In this document: piece after piece, positions 10,203-20,357 of the stretch | How positions within the stretch are numbered: position 1 is the first letter of the stretch | Layout: every line of letters starts with the position of its first letter | NCBI GenBank assembly: GCA_964384845.1 | Contig: CAYLLU010000005.1 | Span: forward strand, 12,212 to 61,666 | Direction of reading: 5' to 3' | From: an uncultured Dehalococcoidia bacterium | Lineage (GTDB): Bacteria > Chloroflexota > Dehalococcoidia > Lucifugimonadales > CAJWER01 | Length of the DNA stretch: 49,455 nucleotides | The notes under the pieces: generated by a model | Told to the model about the DNA's origin: nothing | The model's database searches: none | Seen by the model: only the letters and a program-made list of their open reading frames with translations | Made by a program: the position numbers and the translations under genes

Positions 10203-10328
10203 CCCGTGGCTACCCTGAGAATGCCGTCTAGACACAAATGGAAACAACTACTGGATGTGGTTGAAGCGGCCAAGAAGTCGTTTCGGACTGGACATGTCGT
10301 AACAGTCTCAAAAGGGAGCGCAACTTAA
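10203..10328 (+). pseudogene. Remnant resembling the C-terminal helix of a Gfo/Idh/MocA oxidoreductase
   Basis: Reads PVAT...LLDVVEAAKKSFRTGHVVTV..*, similar to the tails of the intact paralogues here (LEITLAALESARENRVVKL; LEMCLAVEQSIMSGKVVSI); rest of the gene is absent. Confidence 0.4.
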
Positions 10329-10508
10329 TCCTTGTCAGACAAGAAATTGGGCATTATCAGGCTTACGTATTTGTCGTAATACAGAGTTGTCTTGCGAAGA
10401 TTGAGATAGATCGAATTCGCATTGTGCATCGCAGAGTTATAGATGCTAAGGCGACAGTAGACAGCCGATTCGGGGACGGCGGAACCGTCAACCTGGGGAG
10501 GTAACTAA

Positions 10509-11390
10509 TTGCCAGTATATAGTATAGCCAGCGCGCTTTTCTTGTACGACAAGCAAGGTCAAAATGTTGGGGATCCAATCGAGGCGATCCAATCTGTTGC
10601 GGCAGCTCGGTTTTCCGAGACGGAACTGATGGCGGAAGGAATGGGATGGGAGAATGGGCCTCCTGACTCAAAGCCTTATCGAGACGCCCTTGAAAACAAC
10701 GGAGTATATCCCCATACGATTCACGCCCCATTTTCGGCCATTAATCTTGCCAGTTTCGACGAAGACGAGCGTAATGACGGAGTCGAGCAGGTAGCTGCGA
10801 CCATTCGGTTTCTTGCGGAGATTGGCGGCAAGACTGTGATTATTCATGCCTCCGGTCGCCCTTCCACTTCGGATACAAGTTACTATACTCTCGAAAATGT
10901 TGGCGTGGCGACGGAGAACGCCCATCGGTCGATCTCCAAACTGGCACTCGTGGCGGAGACGGAAGGAGTTCGAATCGCGCTCGAAAATCTCCCTGCCATA
11001 ACTATGCAGGCCCGCCCCCTGGAAACGATGCAGGAGTTGAGGTCGTTCATGGCAGATCTTTCGGCCGAGCACGTAGGTATATGCCACGACATCGGTCACT
11101 CCAGGCTTATCGGCTACGATATTGCCAAGGAAGCTCGTATCGCTTCAGAGCGCCTCTTTGCCCTCCACATCCAGGACGGGTCTACAGCCAATGACGATCA
11201 CCTCCCGCCAGGTCATGGTGTGCTGGACTTTGATTCGTATGCAAGAGCTCTCGAGGAAATCGAATTTGACGGTGCGTGGACTTTAGAAGTGATGGCGAAG
11301 AATCATCATGGCAGTGTCGAGGACGTGGCGATTGAGCTCACTGATATTCATGATCTGTGGAAGTCCGAAGGAATGGTGACCATAAGATAG
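10509..11390 (+). CDS. Sugar phosphate isomerase/epimerase (xylose isomerase-like TIM barrel)
   Basis: IHAPF, ALEN, DIGH, LHIQD, DHLPPG.G, LEV metal-ligand pattern; TTG start with GGGGAGG. Confidence 0.88.
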   Translation: MPVYSIASALFLYDKQGQNVGDPIEAIQSVAAARFSETELMAEGMGWENGPPDSKPYRDALENNGVYPHTIHAPFSAINLASFDEDERNDGVEQVAATIRFLAEIGGKTVIIHASGRPSTSDTSYYTLENVGVATENAHRSISKLALVAETEGVRIALENLPAITMQARPLETMQELRSFMADLSAEHVGICHDIGHSRLIGYDIAKEARIASERLFALHIQDGSTANDDHLPPGHGVLDFDSYARALEEIEFDGAWTLEVMAKNHHGSVEDVAIELTDIHDLWKSEGMVTIR

Positions 11391-11621
11391 ACAGGCGATA
11401 GGATGATAGTACCCAACTATGCAAAAAAGCGAACCTGTGAACCTCTAAGGAGAATCAAATGTTTAGCTCGCTTGCATTACATTGGGCTCGGTGTTCCTTC
11501 GGAATTTGCTGGCAATACCTCGATGCACGTTTGTCTGTTGAAATCCAACTCGCGGGAAGTCAACTGCTCTGCGCTTTTCTGGATCTTCAGGGAGATATTG
11601 ACAGGACTTGAGTTTCGATGC

Positions 11622-13280
11622 TCATTGCTCTGCTATTTCATTGGCCAGTTCAAGGATGCCCGTTGCAATGTCTGAGTCCAGGTGAAGCCTCGCGACTCGG
11701 CGTCCAGTTGATGCCAATGCCTCTCTGTCTCCTAGGGCCTGGGCCTCGGCCAGTGTGCCAAAGGAAAACGGGTAGCCGGGTATGGGAATGTCCTCATGAT
11801 GGCTCATTGTGATCTGCAAAAACACCCCGGAGGGTGGTCCGCCTTTGTGAAGCTGTCCTGTCGAGTGCAAGAATCGTGGGCCGTACCCAAATGTGGTGGC
11901 TATCCCGTGTTTCTCAAGAACCCGTCGCCGAAGAGTCTCGAGAGCTTGGTCTATCTCTGGTGATTGACGCAGGTATGCCATGACAGATAGATAGTCGCCT
12001 TCTGTGATACTGTCAAGCAGTTCTTGCACAGTACTTTCGAATACACCGTTGGGCAGTTTGCCTGTTACTCTGTAGTGATCCAGAACACTGTCTGTAATGT
12101 CCTTGGAAGTCTGAACGTTAGGTTGATCGAAAGGGTTTACCGAAATGATGGCGCCTGCTACAGCTGTGGCAAACTCCCATCGGAAGAACTCAGCGCCTAG
12201 GTCGTAACGGTCCTGCAGATCAAACCGAATGACTGGGTGACCACCCTCCACAAACTGGTGGACGGCCTCATCGGTTGTCGTATTGTCGTCACCCTCCATG
12301 CGCAGATACACGAAAAATCGATCGCTACCGTAATGATTTGCTGCTAACAGAGGTTCTGACACTATAGGTACGATACCTTTGCAATCCTTGCCAAGGCTCT
12401 CGGCGATAAGCTGTTCTGCCCACAGCCCGAAGCTTTCGATGGACGGCGATGTTATCACGGTTAATTTGTCGTGCCCGGCAACTGAAACAGTTGCCAACGC
12501 CGCACCTAGGAAGGCCCCCGGATTTTCGTGGACTGGAACCGACGATGCGCAGGCTTTGCGCATATTGTCGGCCCGGTGAAGTAGCAAAACGACATCGATC
12601 CCGATGAGCGCAGCTGGCACCAAGCCGAAGTAGGACAGCACGGAGTACCGGCCTCCAATGTTGATCGGGTTCGAGAAGTTGCGCCGGAAACCCTCCGAGC
12701 GAGCTATCTTCTCCAGTGGCGTGCCGGGGTCGGTGATGGAGACGAAATTCCTGCCCGAGGCCGGATTATGGACTGTCTCTTTTAGGAGTGTCCTGAAATG
12801 GCGATATAAGCTATTAGACTCGATCGTTCGTCCTGATTTGGAGGATACGAGGAACAGTGTATGAGAGAGATCGAGTGTTGCTGTGACCGATTCGATCCAT
12901 TCAGGTACAGTCGAATCGAGCACGATCAATTCAGGGAAGCCCATAGTGCTCCCCATGATCTGGCGTAAGATCTCAGGTCCGAGACTGCTGCCGCCCATTC
13001 CAAGCAGTACCACATGCTTGAAACCCTCGTCTTTGACCTCCTGAGCGAAGGTCTCCAAAAGGGGCATATGCTCTGCCGTGAAATCTGTCACCGCTAGCCA
13101 ACCCAGACGATTGACTATCTCTTCAGGTCCTCTCGCCCACACCGTGTGGTCCATTTGCCATAGACGCTGGACCACGTTGTCTCGGTCCAGCCTGTTTAGT
13201 GCAGCTTCTGTTTCATCTAGATAGCAACCTAAGTTGGCGCTGGACTGATCGTACTCGTAGACGTTTTTGGTGTTTGACAT
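11622..13280 (-). CDS. pgi: Glucose-6-phosphate isomerase (type resembling the Pgi half of Tal-Pgi fusions)
   Basis: GMGGSSLG, SSKSG.T.E, GGRYSVLS.FG, QLIAESLGK, NPFDQPNV..SK, GPRFLHSTGQLHKGG. Confidence 0.9.
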   Translation of the reverse strand: MSNTKNVYEYDQSSANLGCYLDETEAALNRLDRDNVVQRLWQMDHTVWARGPEEIVNRLGWLAVTDFTAEHMPLLETFAQEVKDEGFKHVVLLGMGGSSLGPEILRQIMGSTMGFPELIVLDSTVPEWIESVTATLDLSHTLFLVSSKSGRTIESNSLYRHFRTLLKETVHNPASGRNFVSITDPGTPLEKIARSEGFRRNFSNPINIGGRYSVLSYFGLVPAALIGIDVVLLLHRADNMRKACASSVPVHENPGAFLGAALATVSVAGHDKLTVITSPSIESFGLWAEQLIAESLGKDCKGIVPIVSEPLLAANHYGSDRFFVYLRMEGDDNTTTDEAVHQFVEGGHPVIRFDLQDRYDLGAEFFRWEFATAVAGAIISVNPFDQPNVQTSKDITDSVLDHYRVTGKLPNGVFESTVQELLDSITEGDYLSVMAYLRQSPEIDQALETLRRRVLEKHGIATTFGYGPRFLHSTGQLHKGGPPSGVFLQITMSHHEDIPIPGYPFSFGTLAEAQALGDREALASTGRRVARLHLDSDIATGILELANEIAEQ

Positions 13281-13516
13281 GATTCACCTGCGATTCGATC
13301 CCCAATGGTAGGGCCCGCAGTACTGATATTGTTGCGATCACGGCCTTAGTTCTTTATTCAATGTAGCGAGGGGTAGTTACCGTGGGCTCGGTTGGTGATC
13401 GGAGCAGACCCCGGAACAGTCCGAGTGGGGTCATCTGATAGGACACGATGTTTTGGAGGATGGTATTAGTGGGGAGGTCGTATGTTTACCGGAGTGAAGT
13501 AGCGTAGTCGCTATTC

Positions 13517-14266
13517 CTAGAGCCCCAGTAATTTAATAGCGTTTAGACCCAGTATCTGACGTTTGTCATTATGGGAGATATCAGCTGTCACCACCTTGCC
13601 AATCTGTTGGCGGGCGTCCATTAGTGCCATGTCGGTGCCAAACAGTATGCGGTCTGCGCCTGCAGTAACGACCGCTTTCTCAATGGCTCCCAAGGCTGTT
13701 CCTGACCCGCAGGTCTCAAGATACACATTCGGGAGATCTCGCGCGGCCTCGAGCGGCTCTTTGTTACTTGCGCCGCCAGCGTGCGCAATCACCCACTTAA
13801 CGTTTGGGAAGCGTTCGGATAGTGCCGCGTACCTCTCTTTGACCACGACGCCGGGGCTATCAAACGGGTAGGTCGCATGGCTCATAACCGCTAAGCCGTG
13901 CTCGTTCAGCCATTCGTATATTGGGAAGTATGCCGGATCATCGTTGGGTTTGCGAAAGTAATCGGGATAGATCTTAAGGAACTTCATTCCGAGTTGAAAA
14001 AAGGCGCGATCCAATTCCGCAATCGCCTCATCCGGATAGTGTGGAGTGACGAATGCCACTGGTATGAAACGGTCCGGTCGTCTGGCTACGAATTCGGCGA
14101 CGAGGTCGTTGGCGGCTCGTGCGTCTCCCAGGAAGATGCAGTTTACGCAGGCTTTGTCGATACCGGCGCGGTCCATGATATCTATATACTGTTCCTGGTC
14201 TCCACGCATTGCATGCCTTCCCCAGTTGCCCAGGTGCGCGTGGAAGTCGATTACCGGGGTATCCAT
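13517..14266 (-). CDS. Amidohydrolase family (Amidohydro_2) metalloenzyme
   Basis: DFHAH, KIYP, SH, IAHAG, RILFGTD. Confidence 0.9.
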   Translation of the reverse strand: MDTPVIDFHAHLGNWGRHAMRGDQEQYIDIMDRAGIDKACVNCIFLGDARAANDLVAEFVARRPDRFIPVAFVTPHYPDEAIAELDRAFFQLGMKFLKIYPDYFRKPNDDPAYFPIYEWLNEHGLAVMSHATYPFDSPGVVVKERYAALSERFPNVKWVIAHAGGASNKEPLEAARDLPNVYLETCGSGTALGAIEKAVVTAGADRILFGTDMALMDARQQIGKVVTADISHNDKRQILGLNAIKLLGL

Positions 14267-14268
14267 GT

Positions 14269-15057
14269 CTATACCATTCCTAATAGGCGTTCGAGGTTGC
14301 CCGCACAGATCGCCTGTAGTGCATCCATGCCCAGATCAGTGTGATGCAAGTGAAATAATTGGGGCGAGAGAGCTTGGTCGGGGAATCGAGAACCGAACAG
14401 CACTCGCTCCGGCCCGATCGCATCGACAACCGAATTGACGCCTCCTACCGTAACGAATCTGGATATCTCAAAGTCCAGATTCGGTAGGCTTCGGACCAGG
14501 GCTAGCGCCCACGATGCGTCGCTGTACTTTACTTCGCTCAGTACGGCTCTGATCTCAGGCCGTGCTGATAGTGTGTTGTAGATATCACGTGGGTCGACAG
14601 GATAGGTCCCAGGTATTGGGCCTAGCAACTCATGTTCGACTGGGAGCCACACCGGAATACCTGTTTCAGCGAGCCAGTCGAGCCAGGGACCGATCATCCA
14701 TGGAAGAAACGGGTAGTTGTGGATGCCTGGCAGCATCCTGACAGAACGTACATCCTCTGTATCGACATGTGTGGACATCTCTTCAAGATCATCAAAGGAA
14801 GGGTTGCAAACGAACTGCGGCACGAATTCATCCGAGCCGCGAATCGCATTGATTAACGACAGATTTCCCTCGCCGGAGTCATAGATCGCGGCGTGAGGTG
14901 CATAAACCAGCCCACGCCCGACACCCGCCCGTTCCATCTCTTTCTTGGTATCCTCAAGGGAGTCGACGTTGACAGGCCTATCATGACGTCTTCCGAGCGC
15001 CATGTTAGCGTCGAACACAGGAGTCGATGGATTGAAGTCAAGGTCGACGTTACCCAT
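14269..15057 (-). CDS. Amidohydrolase family protein with degenerate metal site
   Basis: Same fold pattern (GPERVLFGS..P, GNLERLLG), but DANMA replaces DxHxH and FGSR replaces FGTD; RBS GAGGAG. Confidence 0.8.
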   Translation of the reverse strand: MGNVDLDFNPSTPVFDANMALGRRHDRPVNVDSLEDTKKEMERAGVGRGLVYAPHAAIYDSGEGNLSLINAIRGSDEFVPQFVCNPSFDDLEEMSTHVDTEDVRSVRMLPGIHNYPFLPWMIGPWLDWLAETGIPVWLPVEHELLGPIPGTYPVDPRDIYNTLSARPEIRAVLSEVKYSDASWALALVRSLPNLDFEISRFVTVGGVNSVVDAIGPERVLFGSRFPDQALSPQLFHLHHTDLGMDALQAICAGNLERLLGMV

Positions 15058-15350
15058 TGTTGCGACCGATTACTCCTCGATGGATTAGGATCAGTTTTTT
15101 ACAGCAGCTCGTGTCAGTTTAGCACAGATCGTGGGAGACTGGTCAGTCGCGACTTAATTGTGCAACCCTCCGATCCAATGTGATGCTGAGGAGGCTCCTG
15201 ATTTAGTACTTGGAATGGGGGCGTTTCTGTATTGGTCCTAGGGTGAAACCCTAAGTCCTCATATCTTTTACATCTGCTCAGGGTGACTTGGGCCGATCGG
15301 ATTATGTGCGTTGTCCAACGAGTTGGTGCTGTTTTCAAATCCAGGACTGA

Positions 15351-17192
15351 TCACACTCGGCTCCTGGCGAGATTGCGCTTTTGACGATTCCTGGCAGTGT
15401 CGGACAGCAGTTTCTTGCGCAGCCTGATGTTTTGAGGAGTGACCTCCACAAGTTCATCGTTCGCGATGAAGTCAAGCGAGTCTTCGAGACTCAATTTTAC
15501 AGGCGGGCTCAGTCGCCTGACGATGTCGGCGCTGGCCGCACGCATATTGGTTAACTTCTTCTCTTTACAAACGTTGATACCGATGTCTTGATCCTTCGGA
15601 TGAAAACCGACGACCATCCCTTCGTACACCGAAGTTCCAGGCTCGATGAAGGTCTCTCCACGGCCTTGGGCGTTGAGAAGACCGTATGTGAGTGCTGTGC
15701 CTGCCTCGGATGCCACCAGCACTCCAGTGGTCGACGACTTGACGTGGCCGCTCATCCGCTGGAAGCCGGTGACGACGTTGTTGAGTACTCCATTGCCATG
15801 GGTGTCCCTGAGGAATCCAGATCGGAACCCGATCAGGCCTCGGGTGGGTATGTCGTACTCCAACCGTACGTTTCCCTCACCGTCGTTGGACATGTCTACA
15901 AGTTGAGCCAGGCGCCCTGAAAGCTCCTTGGTCAGTGCTCCAATGAACTCATCACGGGTGTCAATGGTGAGGCGCTCATAGGGCTCGTAGACCTCGCCGT
16001 CGACGATCTTGGTGACGGGCTCAGGCTTGGACACTTGGAATTCGTATCCCTCTCGTCTGATCGTCTCCACCAGTATCGTGAGATGCAACTCGCCACGGCC
16101 TGACACTAGGAACTCGTCGGGGCTTTCCGTAGTCTCCACCCGAAGACTAACGTTGGTCCTCAGGTCCCTGAACAGGCGTTCACGGAGTGTCCTGGATGTA
16201 GAATACCTCCCCTCCCTTCCCATGAAAGGAGATGTGTTCACAGCAAATGTCATCTTTACAGTTGGCTCTTCTATTTTTATAGTTGGCAGGGCCTCGGGAT
16301 ATTCACTGTCTGCAATTGTGTCACCTATTGACACTCCTTCGATACCGGACACAGCCACGATATCTCCAGCGGAGGCCTCCGAGACCTCCATCTGATCCAG
16401 CCCTTGGAAAACGTACACCTTGTCCAATTCATGTAACTCTGGCTGCTGTCCTTTACGGAGCAGGACGACCTTGCTGTGGCCTTTAGCTGAGCCTCGAGAT
16501 ACTCTGCCGATGGCGATCTGACCCACATAATTACTGTAGTCCAGCGCTGTGACTAGCATTTGGAAGGGTCCGTCTGGATCACTGTCAGGAGCTGGAACAC
16601 TGTCTATCATCGCCTTGAACAGTGGCGCCATTCCCTCTTTGGGATCGTCGAGCTTTGCGACTGCGTATCCTTCGCGGGCCGAGGCGTACAGAATAGGGAA
16701 GTCGAGTTGCTCTGAACTGGTAGCCAGTTCTAGGAAAAGGTCCTGTACAAGCTCGACAACCTCGTCAACCCTGGCCTGAGGCCGGTCAATCTTGTTGATA
16801 ACCACCATCGGCGAAACATCGTGGGCCAGTGCCTGCTGAAGTACAAAGCGAGTCTGAGGCATTGGGCCGTCTACGGCGTCGACCAGTAATAAGCAGCCGT
16901 CGGCCATGTTCATGATTCGCTCGACTTCGCCGCTGAAATCAGCGTGGCCTGGCGTGTCGATGATGTTGATCTTTGTGTCGTTATACGTCACTGCGGTGTT
17001 CTTGGAGAGAATAGTAATGCCACGCTCGCGCTCCAGTGGGTTGGAGTCCATGATCAGCTCGCCGACTACTTTGCGTTCGCTAAACGCGAGTCCTTGTTTC
17101 AACAGAGCATCCACGAGCGTAGTTTTGCCGTGATCAACGTGGGCGATGATGGCGATATTTCGGATGCTATTTTTCAACTCAGTGAGGCTCAA
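15351..17192 (-). CDS. typA: Translational GTPase TypA/BipA
   Basis: AHVDHGKTT, ERERGITI, DTPGHADF, NKID, GRGELHL, KKLTNMRA, DELVEVTP. Confidence 0.98.
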   Translation of the reverse strand: MSLTELKNSIRNIAIIAHVDHGKTTLVDALLKQGLAFSERKVVGELIMDSNPLERERGITILSKNTAVTYNDTKINIIDTPGHADFSGEVERIMNMADGCLLLVDAVDGPMPQTRFVLQQALAHDVSPMVVINKIDRPQARVDEVVELVQDLFLELATSSEQLDFPILYASAREGYAVAKLDDPKEGMAPLFKAMIDSVPAPDSDPDGPFQMLVTALDYSNYVGQIAIGRVSRGSAKGHSKVVLLRKGQQPELHELDKVYVFQGLDQMEVSEASAGDIVAVSGIEGVSIGDTIADSEYPEALPTIKIEEPTVKMTFAVNTSPFMGREGRYSTSRTLRERLFRDLRTNVSLRVETTESPDEFLVSGRGELHLTILVETIRREGYEFQVSKPEPVTKIVDGEVYEPYERLTIDTRDEFIGALTKELSGRLAQLVDMSNDGEGNVRLEYDIPTRGLIGFRSGFLRDTHGNGVLNNVVTGFQRMSGHVKSSTTGVLVASEAGTALTYGLLNAQGRGETFIEPGTSVYEGMVVGFHPKDQDIGINVCKEKKLTNMRAASADIVRRLSPPVKLSLEDSLDFIANDELVEVTPQNIRLRKKLLSDTARNRQKRNLARSRV

Positions 17193-18085
17193 ATCGGTAC
17201 CTTCCCTATATAAATATCGCCCAACAATAGGCGTGGCTGTCTGTAGTGGATCAGATGAATCAATGGAGTAGAGTGGGGGAAATCCACTAGAACTATGTGA
17301 TCATACTTGAGCCAGGCGTCTTGACTTGCAATTTGGCATGTCTACGTACTAAGGGTAACATAGGTTCCGTGATTCTCCCCTCGGGCGTACTAAGAAAAGA
17401 TTGAGATTTCTACTCAAATAAGCGATCGAGTGGCCCATGAACTTTTAAATATGAGAGGCTGCTGAAACGCTGGGACGCGCCACTAAAGTTGAACCATGCT
17501 GTCGCCGAGATGATGTCACCTGCACCTAGACAATTCACTTGTTTATTGAGACAAGGGCGGATGAATCGCGCAGCGATCTCCGAACCAACATGACTGATTC
17601 TGAGGCACACATCGATCGGTGAAGAGTAGTAGCAATTGCGACTAACGACCATGGACGATACGCACGATATACCTGATAAAGGACATTGATCTGAACGGGG
17701 CTGATGACTATCATTCGCGGATGTCTTACTAGGTATTTGGCAAAATTGGGGAGGGAAGAAGGCCGGGTCGATCTTGTGTGCAATGAACAATCGACAGGGA
17801 CCTGGATCAAGTCCGAATCCATGTGGCGAAGCGCAGGGATGTTGTGGAGAGCTGCCGAGATATCTGGTCCAACGGCACCCAAACGCGAGGTAAAGACGGT
17901 CGTCGATAATGAGGTCGTACTGCCATGATTGGTATAGGTTGGTGATCTAGTTATTGTCGATATCAAAATGTAGACGCGACTCAGCCTACACTACAATGAG
18001 CGGATGAGAAGGTTTTGGGGATACGGAAACTTTCGTAGCATGAGAGGTATGGGGATCACATTTAGCAGGAAGATCAGAAACCGAT

Positions 18086-19108
18086 TTAGTTTGCGTCGGC
18101 AACCGTCAGAGGCAGTTTCACTACTCTGTTCTCTCGGGCGGATTCCAGAGCAGCCAGCGTGATCTCGAGTGTATCCCGCGCGTCTTTGGGCCCACACATC
18201 GGCTCTGTATCGTTCAGTACACTGTCCACAAAATGCTCAAGGGTGTCGTACGCTGCGTCGGGCCCATACTTCAGCGATCTGTTACCCGATTTTCCGTAGG
18301 CGTTCCAGTGTGGCTGGTTTGCGTCGAGGACGATCATCCCATGGGTACCATGGATACGAAGGGTTTGATCGCCGCCGTACCCATTTGGGTGTGCAACTGC
18401 TGTTCGGCCAACCGAAGTAGACGCTACTACGCCTTGCTCTAGGTTCATGGTAATGAAGGCCAAGTCTTCAAGGTCTTTGTTCCTTGCCTCCTCGAAGAAG
18501 AATGACCCGGTTATGGCGTACACATCAAGTGGTTTATTGGGGACCAGGTAGAGTAGGGCGTCGAGGGGGTACATCCCGTGGTTGCGCAACTCCCCCACTC
18601 CAGCCACGTTCTTGCCGGCGGCGATTATCCATTCACTGTGAATGGCCCATGGCAGGCCCACCGCTCCGCTCCTGATCGCTTCGCGGGCTTGTAGAATGGC
18701 CGGCTTAAATCGGTAGTTATGTCCAACCATTAGCCTGACCCCGTGGCGAGAGATCGATTCGATGATCGAGTCTGCGTCTGCCAGGTTGTCTGTGAGGGGC
18801 TTGTCCCCGAAGATGTGCTTGCCGGACGAGGCAATCTTTTCTACCAGTGGTGCGCGACGATCGAAGGGACTCGAAAAGGTGATTGCGTCAACGTCTGAGC
18901 GCTCCAATACCTCGTCGAGTTCCTCAATATATGGTACCCCAAATTTCTGGGCCGCCTCGACGTTGCGCTGTCTCACTTCGGGTGCCGGTGATTCGTCGGT
19001 AACCGCAACTATCTCGACCCTGGGGTTTCGGAACAGCGTATCGGCATAGTGACCGTTCTGGCCGCTAATGCTCAGCACCGCTATCTTGATGGTTTCAACC
19101 GACATCAT
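18086..19108 (-). CDS. Gfo/Idh/MocA family oxidoreductase (atypical N-terminus)
   Basis: GKHIFGDKP, LMVGHNYRF, GT.G.I, typical C-terminal helix; ATGA overlap with the upstream paralogue. Confidence 0.88.
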   Translation of the reverse strand: MMSVETIKIAVLSISGQNGHYADTLFRNPRVEIVAVTDESPAPEVRQRNVEAAQKFGVPYIEELDEVLERSDVDAITFSSPFDRRAPLVEKIASSGKHIFGDKPLTDNLADADSIIESISRHGVRLMVGHNYRFKPAILQAREAIRSGAVGLPWAIHSEWIIAAGKNVAGVGELRNHGMYPLDALLYLVPNKPLDVYAITGSFFFEEARNKDLEDLAFITMNLEQGVVASTSVGRTAVAHPNGYGGDQTLRIHGTHGMIVLDANQPHWNAYGKSGNRSLKYGPDAAYDTLEHFVDSVLNDTEPMCGPKDARDTLEITLAALESARENRVVKLPLTVADAN

Positions 19109-20097
19109 TTACCCTCTATGGACACGACCTTACCCGACATGATTGACTGTTCCACCGCAAGGCACATCTCCAGTGCGATCCGACCCTGCTGACCGGTAAC
19201 GGGCGGTGGCGTGCCATCCACTACACAGGATTCAAAGGCGGCTATTTCTTGGTCGAACGCGTACTGGATGTCGAGATTGAAGGAACTAAGACCATCGTCG
19301 TTGTGCAACCATTGATTATCGTGTTGCGTGCCGGTTGTGATTTCGCCGTCGGTGCCCAAAATGGTGATAGAACTCTCTCGCGCGGAGCGCGGAACGTTGG
19401 CGCGGCTGGTATCCATGACGGCGATCGCGCCATTGTCGTATTTGACGGTAATCATGAAATAGTCATTCATTTCTAACTGCGACGAGGTGATATTACGTGC
19501 TTGTCCGTATACGGAGACGGGTCGGGCACCGAGCCACCAATTACATAGGTCAGTTGCGTGGACTCCGTTGGTGATGACGTTGCCGCCCGTATTCGTGGGG
19601 CTGATACGATTCCCCGTCCAGTCTTGCCGCCAGAATCCTCCACCCATGCTGAAGCGTATGTATACTGGATCGCCGATCTCCCCGCTGTCGATCGCAGCCT
19701 TGGCACTGACGGAACGTTCGTAGAAGTGGAGGGTGTGTCCCACCATAAGCTGCACGTCGGTGCCGCGAGCGGCCGAGATAATTCTGTCGGCGTCCTCGAG
19801 CGTGGTTGCGATAGGCTTCTCAACTAGTACGTGTTTGCCGGCTGCTGCTGCTTTGGACGCAATTGACCCATGGGTGGATTCGGTGGTGCAGATGTCGACC
19901 GCGTCGATGTCTTCCCAGCCGAGTAACTCGTGATAGTCGGTCGTCCAACGCTCAATTCCGAGGATTGCCGCAGCCTTGGTCGCTCTTTTAGGGTCGGTGT
20001 CGGCTACGGCCACGATCTGTGCAGTGTCGCGTTTTAGCCATGCGTCGATGTGGTGCTTTGCCACACTACCAGCGCCAATAAGTCCTATCTCAAGCAT
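19105..20097 (-). CDS. Gfo/Idh/MocA family oxidoreductase
   Basis: GAGSVA, GKHVLVEKP, GGN...NGVH..D; RBS GAGGAG. Confidence 0.93.
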   Translation of the reverse strand: MLEIGLIGAGSVAKHHIDAWLKRDTAQIVAVADTDPKRATKAAAILGIERWTTDYHELLGWEDIDAVDICTTESTHGSIASKAAAAGKHVLVEKPIATTLEDADRIISAARGTDVQLMVGHTLHFYERSVSAKAAIDSGEIGDPVYIRFSMGGGFWRQDWTGNRISPTNTGGNVITNGVHATDLCNWWLGARPVSVYGQARNITSSQLEMNDYFMITVKYDNGAIAVMDTSRANVPRSARESSITILGTDGEITTGTQHDNQWLHNDDGLSSFNLDIQYAFDQEIAAFESCVVDGTPPPVTGQQGRIALEMCLAVEQSIMSGKVVSIEGK

Positions 20098-20146
20098 CGC
20101 TGTACTCCTCCGGGAACCGGTTTTCCCAACCCGCTGGGCGGCCGAA

Positions 20147-20155
20147 ATTATAGCA
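20147..20155 (-). promoter_or_regulatory. Extended -10 element for the Gfo/Idh/MocA pair
   Basis: TGCTATAAT on the minus strand 50 nt upstream of the ATG at 20097. Confidence 0.5.
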
Positions 20156-20357
20156 CAGAGTTCCGTTTGGCGACGAAGTTTCTTCTGAGTGTCTCGATTC
20201 TGTAATCATAGGTGTTCTTAAGAGGGATTTGTTTGCAATGATATAATGTCCCGTAGTGAAAAATGAGATTATAGACAACATAATCACGACAAATTCGGGG
20301 GCATTTTCAGTAGTGTTAGCTCTGAGCCCACAAAACTTCGATTGATGGAGAGTTCTT

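Noticed and set aside
15234-15258. Hairpin TAGGGT-GAA-ACCCTA downstream of typA
   Set aside because: Short stem with no U-tract; too weak to call a terminator.
17410-17966. Overlapping ORFs of 74-143 aa between typA and the Gfo/Idh/MocA pair
   Set aside because: No RBS or recognisable motif in any frame; possibly a decayed gene, but no call can be supported.
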